Made by a program: the position numbers and the translations under genes | In this document: positions 12,601-24,600 of the stretch, piece after piece | How the letters are laid out: the number at the start of each line of letters is the position of its first letter | Position numbering within the stretch: the stretch's first letter is position 1 | Assembly: GCA_964035545.1 (NCBI GenBank) | Contig: OZ037768.1 | Span: forward strand, 496,001 to 560,000 | Length of the DNA stretch: 64,000 nucleotides | Direction of reading: 5' to 3' | From: Bugula neritina | Taxonomy: Eukaryota; Animalia; Bryozoa | The notes under the pieces: model-generated | What the model saw: only the letters and a program-made list of their open reading frames with translations | Database searches by the model: none | Told to the model about the DNA's origin: nothing

Positions 12601-15600
12601 CAGTATCACCAAACAGGCAGTAGCGTGGCATAGCAATACCGACTACACCAGCCACACATGGACCAGTATGCAGCCCTACAATGAAGCAACAAAAAACAGA
12701 TGTAAAACTACTCAATAACCTCAGGTAACTTCAGTATATAACCTCAGGTCACCGTAGTATATAGCCTCAGGTCACCTCAGTATATAAACTCAGGTCATTC
12801 AGTATATAACCTCGAGTAACCTCAGTATATAACCTCAGGTCACTAACCGACTCTAAGTTTGAGCTGCTCCTCCGGCAGGTGGTTTATAACAAAGTCGGTG
12901 ACGGCGTGGAGGAAGTCGAGAGCCATGGATGCCACTTCGCTGGCGTGATAGTCGATTCTGTCAGGGAGACCACTGCACACCATGTAGGCATCTCCTATAG
13001 TCTCTACCTGGCAAGTATAGTGTGCACATTGTACTACAGAGAGGGTGTAGAGGTTAATGGACATGTTGTGGATAGTATAGCTATAATATACACACCTTGT
13101 AGACCTCATAGGACCCTATGATCTTATCAAACAGTGTGTACAGCTTGTTCAGCATTCCCACAATCTACAGTAATATACAGCAATATACAGCAATATACAG
13201 CAATATACAGCAATATACAGCAATATACAGCAATATACAGTAATATACAGTAATATACAGTAATACACAGCAATATATAGTAATACACAGTAATATATAG
13301 TAATACACAGTAATCTATAGTAATACACAGTAATATATAGTAATACAACTGTAATATATAGTAATACACAGTAATATATAGTAATACACTGTAATATATA
13401 GTAATACACAGTAATATATAGTAATACACAGTAATATATAGTAATACACAGTAATATATAGTAATACACAGTAATATATAGTAATACACAGTAATCTATA
13501 GTAATACACAGTAATATATAGTAATACAACTGTAATATATAGTAATACACAGTAATATATAGTAATACACTGTAATATATAGTAATACACAGTAATATAT
13601 AGTAATACACAGTAATATATAGTAATACACAGTAATATATAGTAATACACAGTAATATATAGTAATACACAGTAATATATAGTAATACACAGTAATATAT
13701 AGTAATACACAGTAATATATAGTAATACACAGTAATATATAGTAATACACAGTAATATATAGTAATACACAGTAATATATAGTAATACACAGTAATATAT
13801 AGTAGTATATTAGAGCAATATGTGAACTCAAGAACCGGCTATGAATAGGAGACAAACCTGTAAGGGTTCGCTGCGAGATGCTATGTTGGTGAAGCCCACG
13901 ATATCTGAGAAAAAAATGGAGACCGACTCGAAGGACTCTGGCTGCACGGTTTGCCCTAACTTTAGCTTTGATGCCACTTGTCTGGAAAGAAGTAACTACA
14001 GCAAAACTACACTCTGTGCTGGTAAAGTGAAACTACACTCTATGCTGTTAAAGTGAAACTACTCTGTGCTGGTAAAGTGAAACTGCACTCTGTGCTGGTA
14101 AAGTGAAACTACACTCTATGCTGTTAAAGTGAAACTACTCTGTGCTGGTAAAGTGAAACTACACTCTGTGCTGGTAAAGTGAAACTACACTCTGTGCTGG
14201 TAAAGTGAAACTACACTCTGTGCTGGTAAAGTGAAACCACTTACTTGGGTAGCATAGAATGGAGCAAACTATCTGTCTTCTGCTTTTCTTGTTCCAGTTC
14301 TTCTGTTCTCTCCTCAACCAACTCCTCTAAATTATCCGCATGTTTTTCTAACATTCTTACCATGTGATCTACCAACTGAGTCTTTCTATAATTATATAAT
14401 ATACATATCTTTCTAACATTCTTACCATGTGATCTACCAACTGAGTCTTTCTATAATTATATAATATACATATCTTTCTAACATTCTTACCATGTGATCT
14501 ACTAACTGGGTCTTTCTATAATTATATAATATACATATCTTTCTAACATTCTTACCATGTGATCTACCAACTGAGTCTTTCTATAATTATATAATATACA
14601 TATCTTTCTAACATTCTTACCATGTGATCTACTAACTGAGTCTTTCTATAATTATATAATATACATATCTTTCTAACATTCTTACCATGTGATCTACTAA
14701 CTGGGTCTTTCTATAATTATATAATATACATATCTTTCTAACATTCTTACCATGTGATCTACCAACTGAGTCTTTCTATAATTATATAATATACATATCT
14801 TTCTAACATTCTTACCATGTGATCTACTAACTGGGTCTTTCTATAATTATATAATATACATATTTTTCTAACATTCTTACCATGTGATCTACCAACTGGG
14901 TCTTTCTATAATTATATAATATACACATCTTTCTAACATTCTTACCATGTGATCTACTAACTGAGTCTTTCTATAATTATATAATATACATATCTTTCTA
15001 ACATTCTTACCATGTGATCTACTAACTGAGTCTTTCTATAATTATATAATATACATATCTTTCTAACATTCTTACCATATGATCTACCAACTGAGTCTTT
15101 CTATAATTATATAATATACAAGTGATTGGGAATTTTCTCCACCTTCAGGGACAAAAGCATAGATTCACAACAAAACTATGACCCAAAGCAATAAAGACTT
15201 TTAAGTTTATCTCCTTCCGCTAAATAGTCATATTCTATGCATTATATTTACCCTCCATTGTTTATTATTTTTAGTTTATGTTTTATGATGGTGAATGCGG
15301 GGCGTCCATCAGGGTCCTCGTCCCAACAGCTCCTCATCAGCTCACTTAGTTTAGGATATTTGATAGGCCAGGTGGCGCCTTGAAAACATTACAGTAGTAA
15401 TACTGTAGTAATACTGTATAATACAGTAGTAATATAATAGTAATACAGTAGTAATACAATATAATACAGTAGTAATATAGTAGTAATACAGAGGTCATGT
15501 ATTACCACTACAGTATAATACAGACAGATACTCAGTTCATAGCTTACAGTCAGAGTATGAGGTACTCAGTTCATAGCTTACAGTCAGGGTATGAGGTACT

Positions 15601-18600
15601 CAGTTCATAGCTTACAGTCAGGGTATGAGGTACTCAGTTCATAGCTTACAGTCAGAGTATGATATACTCAGTTCATAGCTTACAGTCAGAGTATGAGGTA
15701 CTCAGTTCATAGCTTACAGTCAGAGTATGAGGTACTCAGTTCATAGCTTACAGTCAGGGTATGAGGTACTCAGTTCATAGCTTACAGTCAGGGTATGAGA
15801 TACTCAGTTCATAGCTTACAGTCAGGGTATGAGATACTCAGTTCATAGCTTACAGTCAGAGTATGAGATACTCAGTTCATAGCTTACAGTCAGGGTATGA
15901 GGTACTCAGTTCATAGCTTACAGTCAGGGTATGAGGTACTCAGTTCATAGCTTACAGTCAGAGTATGAGGTACTCAGTTCATAGCTTACAGTCAGGGTAT
16001 GAGGTACTCAGTTCATAGCTTACAGTCAGGGTATGAGATACTCAGTTCATAGCTTACAGTCAGAGTATGAGATACTCAGTTCATATCTTACAGTCAGGGT
16101 ATGAGATACTCAGTTCATAGCTTACAGTCAGGGTATGAGATACTCAGTTCATAGCTTACAGTCAGGGTATGAATGTTCAGCATCTTCAAACAGCAGAGGC
16201 CGACACAGATGTCCATTGCTGGCTCCAGCCTGTACCATCTCTATGATATCTACAAGTGTAGTTAGTAGTATATACTACTATATCGTATACACTACCATAT
16301 CGTATACACTACCATATCGTATACACTACCATATCGTATATACTACTATATCGTATATACTTCCATATCGTATACACTACCATATCGTATATACTACTAT
16401 ATCGTATATACTTCCATATCGTATACACTACTATATCGTATATACTTCCATATCGTATACACTACCATATCGTATACACTACCATATCGTATATACTACT
16501 ATATCGTATATACTTCCATATCGTATACACTACCATATCGTATATACTTCCATATCGTATACACTACTATATCGTATATACTACCATATCGTATACACTA
16601 CCATATCGTATGTACTACCATATCGTATACACTACCATATCGTATACACTACAATGTCGTATACACTACCATATCGTATACACTACAATGTCGTATACAC
16701 TACCATATCGTATATACTACCATATCGTATATACTACCATATCGTATATACTACCATATCATATATACTACAATATCGTATACACTACAATGTCGTATGC
16801 ACCTTTATTACTGTTCTCGCTGTATCCCAAGTTGTTGTAGAAAGGCAGGTTCCTACTCAACACTTCCTGCATTATAATACCAAAGCTATAGACGTCTCCT
16901 TCCTGAGTTCCTTTAGCTGGGATTCTGTGCAGCCTGAGCAGTTCGGGTGCGGTCCACAACAGCCCTACAGATAAATAGACACTCAGCATACATCTCAGTC
17001 TACCTCTGCAAGCTCTATAACCTCTTGGAGTTGCCCCACACTGCTTTACTATAAACCTCTATACACACCCCCATAAAACTCATCTTCTGAGATATTCCGC
17101 ATACTCTTAGAGTTTCCTTTCTCCGGTTTCCTGGTTTTCCCAACATGACTGATAACTCCAATATCTGTAATTTTCACAACCCACCGGCTATCAACTAGGC
17201 AGTTGGTTGATTTAAGATTTCCATTCGACTCAATACTAGAGCTGTGAAGGTACTGCATACCCTGTAATATAACTATATACTAGAGCTGTGAAGGTACTCT
17301 GTAATATAACTATATACTAGAGCTGTGAAGGTACCCTGTAATATAACTATATACTAGAGCTGTGAAGGTACTCTGTAATATAACTATATACTAGAGCTGT
17401 GAAGGTACCCTGTAATATAACTATATACTAGAGCTGTGAAGGTACTCTGTAATATAACTATATACTAGAGCTGTGAAGGTACCCTGTAATATAACTATAT
17501 ACTAGAGCTGTGAAGGTACTCTGTAATATAACTATATACTAGAGCTGTGAAGGTACTCTGTAATATAACTATATACTAGAGCTGTGAAGGTACTCTGTAA
17601 TATAACTATATACTAGAGCTGTGAAGGTATCACATAAAGAAACTGTGTGAACATTAACCTTGGCAATATCGGAAAGGAAAGAGAGGGCAAACATGGAGTC
17701 TAGTTTAATGTCTCTGTTAGCCAGAATATTCTGGAGACTTCCTTTCTCGCAGAACATCATGAGTACCACCGGCTCGTCACCTGACACAGTGGCTCCAATA
17801 AATGTGTTTATGTTGTCACACTTCATACTGTACAGCTGCAATACCAAACCTATACTGTACAGCCGCAATACCAAACCTATACTGTACAGCTGCAATCACA
17901 ATCCTATACTGTACAGCTGCAATAACAAACCTATACTGTATAGCTGTAATACCAAACCTATACTGTACAGCAGCAATCACAAACCTATACTGTACAGCTG
18001 CAATACCAAACCTATACTGTACAGCTGCAATACCAAACCTATACTGTACAGCCGCAATACCAAACCTATACTGTACAGCTGCAATACCAAACCTATACTG
18101 TACAGCTGCAATACCAAACCTATACTGTACAGCTGCAATACCAAACCTATACTGTACAGCTGCAATACCAAACCTATACTGCCATCAGTGTACCGCTCAC
18201 CGTCTGCAAATCTTCCAGTGTCTGTCTGTCCGTCTTGAAGTGCCGAGTCAAGGAGCGCAATATGACGATGTGAGACTTGTACTTAGCCAAGTCCGCTTCC
18301 CCAAGTGGCACTTGAGTGAAACTCCAGGTTGACCCAAACCCTATCGAGTTGGAGAATCTCGTGGCCTACAAAGTTATTACAGAATATTGAGTATAACAGG
18401 CACAATAACACAGTAAAGTATACTTATAAACAGCAGACAGACGTACAGACGTACAGACAGACAGACAGACTAATACCATTCGTTTGAGACGCTTGCGGGG
18501 ATGAGTCCCGTGACCTCCATGTTGATTTGCTTCCTGTAAGACAGGCGTTTGAATCTTTTCAGTGACTGTTCTGAAAGTAGATATATCAGCTGCGTCTATA

Positions 18601-21600
18601 GCCCAAGATCTTTTGAAGATTTTCTTGAAATGGCGGGAACGCCGATAGTAGAATGTACCACCGCCCACAATGGCGCACAAAATGATGATACCGGCTAAAG
18701 AGAAGCCCACAGCATATCTGTCTACAATACAATTGATATGTTTATTGGCTGAAAGTTAACTAGAATATGGTTACTGCCGATAGGTTGATAGAAGATATAT
18801 ATATGTGAGCAGTTGGTTGAGCTCGTAGGCTAGTACTAGTAGCTGCCTGTTACTATTACTCTATTCGTATCTATCATACTGACCACTTTAGTGCAGAGCA
18901 GAGTGCATTATCATTATCATTATGATTACGACTATGAATTATACTGATGGATGAACTTATACCTGAGCAGACTCTTCCATTGAATCCACAGTCTGGTGTA
19001 TCAGAGGGTAATTTGTCAGAGCCATGCCAGATGAGTTTATGGAGGAAACGGTAGGCCTGCCCTTCTCCCGAGTCTATTATTGCTACTTCCTGCCATTTGC
19101 CTTGCTGGTAATGCTGTACACTGTGCTCAGTCTCACGATCACCACTCTCATCAAATCTTATTGTTCCTGTTTTACCTGCCAGTGATATAACATAGACTAT
19201 AAACTCAAACTGCTCACAGTCGTACTTTATAAGTAGTATGAGTCACGACTACTCACAACATTATGCATATTTAGATTCACTGGATAAGGAATGAACTTTA
19301 TTTTGATTAAAATCTAGTTTCATAATCATAATGAAGTCGGATTTTAATCAAAATTTTATTGCAACTAAGAGCAAATGTCTGTTAATGACAATTAGTGAAT
19401 TACCTATGAAGCTATCAAGACCTAATAAATCTTTTTGACTCAGTTCAAAATATGCAATCGATCAATGGAGATACAAAATAATGTAATTTAACCAAAACTG
19501 TTCGAAGTTAGGAAAACATGTGGTTCCCCACTCAGGAGCAGCTTTCTCTTTGATCAACCAAATGACGTACGCATCTTATTAGATAGTTATCTTCCCCTAT
19601 TCTCAGTTGGCCATAGCCTTCGTTTGTAACTAGTATAATACAACAAACCAAAGGCCACATAATATTTTCTTTACAAGTTATTGTTTACAAACAGATTATG
19701 TTCTCGGGCAATCAATAGTAGCCACAAATATATAGTTATTTCTAGGCCTTCTAATTTGGTGAATTCCATTTATGTTGACGTTTCATCGTAACAGTAAGAC
19801 GAATAGTAATAACTAATATTAATAAGTATTGTTGTAAGCAGCATTTACATATATCATATTTAATTATTACTGTATATAAACATATGCTTCATTTTATATT
19901 TTCTAGTTTATTAGTATCTGGTACACTGCTCATTAATTACTGACTACATTAACTTTTAGTTTTACTTGTACTTTTACTTAACTTTTACTTGTAGTTTTAG
20001 TCTTACTTTTAGTTCAAGTTTTAGTTTTACTTTTAGACTTCTGCGTTCAGTTTTAGAACTATGTTTAGTGTTTTATTGTTATTTTTAGTGTTGATGTTAG
20101 TCTCTTAGTGGTAGTCACGCACCCGTAGTTCAAGTTGCTAGTGGCTAGTGCTACTGCTAATACTAATAGTAATAGACTAATACTAATAGTAATAGTAATA
20201 GTAATAGTAGTACTAATAGACAATAGTAATAGTAATACTAATAGTTATACTAATAGTACTACTAATACTAATAGTAATAGTATTAGTATTACTAATACTA
20301 ATAGTGGTTACTAGTTAGACTTGGTGCTGAATTTTGATAATACTAATAATAATGCTGCTACTAGTACTACTATTAATAGTACTACTAATACTATTATTAT
20401 TAATACTAATAGTAATACTACTAAGTATTATTAGTTATACTTATTTTTATTAGCATCGCAGTATCAGTATGAGTATTGCTAGGAGTAGCTCTACTTAGGA
20501 TTACTGTTTAACTCAGAGTGAAAATCACAATTTGAATTTAAATTAATATTATTATAATTATAAGTATTAATATGAACATTATCATAATCAATATTATAAT
20601 GATAAGGATAATAATTAGTATGAGTATGACTATTGTTGCTTTTGCTTGATAAGAGATTTATATTTCTGAGCTTGAGGCTAAACTATAGCTAGTGCTTATA
20701 ATTTTTAGTGTATCCTTTAACTACTATCTAATAGTACTAGTTGTGCAGCTGATGACAGAACACTCTTGAGAGCTTTTTATTCTAGGTAAAATTTGAAACT
20801 CCTTTGACTCCAGGGCATTCTTATTGTGCATCCTAATATAATTTGAGCTTATACATTTAAATATTAAAATATAGTAGCCTTATTGGTGTCCTTAATAATT
20901 CAAGCAAAATTAGTGGCTTGAAGTAGTCTGCGGGTACTTGCATGTCAATTCTACTTTGAAGGCACGCCATGAGACCTGCCATTCCACTACTACTTCTCAA
21001 TGCACTGAGTGGCGTGTTCACTAGTGACTTGGCAAGAGGCTGGGGTGACAGTATTGACTGGAAAGGTAATCATTCAAATTTCGATATTATGTAGAAATAA
21101 GTAGTTTATCCCTTTAAAGTACAGGCCAAGCATGATGTAGTCTGTACCACAACATGGCTACTAAATGGAGATATATTAGATATAATTTATATGTAATAAA
21201 ATTATAAAAGCTATGAAAATTAATTTTGGTGACAAAATATGCTCTAACTATTTTAAGAATCAGTTGAAGAGTTTTATTTATGGAAGCAAAAAGCTTGCTG
21301 TGGTATAGCATTTACTTCAACGCGAATATATGTAGACATGGAGAGTGGGTTGGAGGAATCGCGTGTGACGGATAAACCACTGATGCTGTTGATCCACAAA
21401 TCCTGGTGCGGCGCTTGTAAAAACCTGAAGCCAAAGTTTGCTGAGTCGAAGGAGATAGCTGAGTTGAGCAAAAACTTTGTCATGGTGAATGTGATGGATG
21501 ATGAGGAACCTAAGGAGGAGAAATATTCTCCAGATGGAGGGTGGGTAGAGGAACGTTCCGTTGTGACACTCAAGTTAGACTGTGAAATGCTATTTCAGTA

Positions 21601-24600
21601 TAATTTATTATTCAGATGATTCCCAGAATTCCTTGTAATGCTGTAGGTACATTCCCAGAATCCCTTGTATTCCTGTAGGTACATTCCCAGAATCCCTTTT
21701 ATTCCTGTAGGTACATTCCCAGAATCCCTTTTATTCCTGTAGGTACATTCCCAGAATCTCTTGTATTCCTGTAGGTACATTCCCAGAATCCCTTGTATTG
21801 CTGTAGGTACATTCCCAGAATCCTGTTCCTCAGCCCGAGTGGCGAGGTGCAGACTGAAGTATACAACAGCGAAGGCAATGCTGACTACAAGTACTTCTAT
21901 CACGCCCCTCCCGGCATCATCAAGTCTATGAACAAAGTGATTGACAGGAGAGGCTGGAGAGAGTCTAAACAAGATCTCTAACTAAGTTCTATATCAGCTC
22001 TGCTGACTCTCAGTCTAGACGCTAGTCACTGTAGTTAGGAGTTACTTTCTCATGATTCTTAAGCAGTTCAAAAAGACAATCATTTTAGATTTAAGTTTCT
22101 ACTTACAGTATTGTTCAGCTATCTCGATCTTCTACTTTCTCATTAAAAGGCGTTCATGTCCATACATGTGTACGTATGTCCATACATGTGTACGTATGTC
22201 CATACATGTGTATGTATGTCCATACATGTGTACGTACATGTGTACGTATGTCCATACATGTGTATGTATGTCCATACATGTGTACGTACATGTGTACGTA
22301 TGTCCATACATGTGTACGTATGTCCATACATGTGTACGTACATGTGTACGTATGTCCATACATGTGTATGGTTGGTAGATTTAGTAATTCAGGTTTTCTA
22401 GTCTCACAGCAAAATACTCTAAAGTGTGACTGTTGTTTTTTACACCGTCTGGTTTGTATTTCAGTTGTTGTGTCCACCTGTAACCTATGTTACCTTTTTG
22501 AGGAATTCAGACAAAAATTGTGTTGGTAGATAATCTCTTCTCAGTAATAAATGTATTCTCTTCGCTAACTACACGTATACTATACTGTATACTATATTGT
22601 ACTGTATACTATATTATACTATACTGTATACTATATTATATTATAATTATATAATACTAATGACTCACCAGGTAAGCCACTGGCACTGATGTAAGAAGTG
22701 TACTCCCTGAAGCCCTGCCACGCCGTCTTATGTTTGTCTGTGTACTGTTTAGCGTAGGCGTAGAAGAGGAGAGTGTCGTACATGTAGCCTGTGAGGAGCA
22801 GGCCCAGCGTGCTGATGTTCTTAGAGCATAGCTTGTTGACTGTGGTCAGCACGTCTGGGTACACTCTACTCATATTTATCTTCAATTATACCCAACAACA
22901 CAATCGTGTAATTATATGAACAGTTTGGAGTTGTCTACTCTACTATAGTATACAGCTTTGAGTTGTCTACTATAGTGTACAGCTGGGAGTTGTCTACTAT
23001 AGTATACAGCTGGAAGTTATCTACTATAGTGTACAGCTGGGAGGTGGTAAACATTGAGATCAACAACTCACTGTAGAGTCAATGAAGCTCTCGTATTCCC
23101 TGAGCGGTGGCAACTTTATACTCATCAGGAGAAGATTACTCCAATCACCGTTGGATGGCCCTTCCCATAATTCAGTGTATGTCTTCATATCTCCAATCCA
23201 ATGGTAGTGAATAAACACAAACTCAGAATCAGCCTCCATGTTTAACTTGACGGCCTCATTCATGTATGTCGAAAGTTCAGTGCTTGGCACCATCAGTAAT
23301 ACAACTGTAGTATATAGTAATACACCGTAGTATACAGTAATACAACTGTAATATATAGTAATACACTGTAGTATATAGTAATACACTGTAGTATATAGCA
23401 ATACAACTGTAGTATATAGTAATACAACTGTAGTATATAGTAATACAACTGTAGTATATAGTAATACATACTGTAATATATAGTAATACATACTGTAGTA
23501 TATAGTAATACAACTGTAATATATAGTAATACAACTGTAATATATAGTAATACAACTGTAATATATAGTAATACACTGTAGTATAAGCTAGGACACTAAA
23601 CACTTACTTCTGGCCGTAGTCTTGATAGTCTGCAAGCATCTGCTGCTCCTACTGACGTCACATTCCACAGAGGAAATGAGAGTTATGTCACTTTGCTGTC
23701 GAATCTCCTCCTTCACAAGAGACCACAGTCTAGTGTTATACGTGTCGTGTTCAGAATATATCACACCTAGAATAATACGTTGCAATAATAGTGTTAATAC
23801 GTTGATACAGCACCAGCTGGTTATGCTGATAGGTGGTGCTTGTAGCATTAGGGTCACAACTCTATGCCTTTTCCCACACTGCTTGTTGCAAAATAACGCT
23901 TGAGCCGAAAAATTATGTTAATATCTTTCAAAACAAATCTGCTATTTTTGTATATAGTGTGTATAAGACAGATGCTCTTATATAACTTTTTTATTCCTTT
24001 CACTTCTTTACCAAAAGTTATTGACCCTACTGTGCTCTATTTAACTAAAGTTAGCTAACACATTATGTTATTGTATGAGTGAGTTACCAATTTTTTTCCA
24101 GTTGTAAATGGATAGAAGCTTCATCAGCGGTTTTATAGTCTTGTGGATTGGTGGAAAAGTGCGAACTAGAGTAGGGAACTTGGTTTTGTTGAGCAGTTCC
24201 AGGTCGGGGGCATACCAGGAAATAAGGGGGCGGTTGCCATAAGCACACAGTTCTGCTGTGGCCCTAGCGGCTAAAACGTAAGAAGTACCATGTTAAACCG
24301 ATTCACTCATGGTCACTAAATGACTCAGTCACTAGATAATTAGTCAGCCACTAGATGATGAGTCAGTCACTAGATGATCATTCAGTCACTAAATGACTCA
24401 GTTACTAGATGATTAGTCAGTCACTAGATGATGAGTCAGTCACTAGATGATTAGTCAGTCCGTAAATCAGTCTCCACAGTTAATTGCTTTGAAAACTTTC
24501 AAGTTTACATTCAGTAGCCGAATAAAACCTAATAAACCAAATATACGTGAAACACAAGTGAAAGTTTTGCCCACCTGGTACACAGGCACATGCTGGGGCA

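Noticed and set aside
10017-18181. CRISPR-like appearance of regularly spaced 23-37 bp repeats
   Set aside because: Units are head-to-tail with no unique spacers, there are no cas genes, and the context is eukaryotic.
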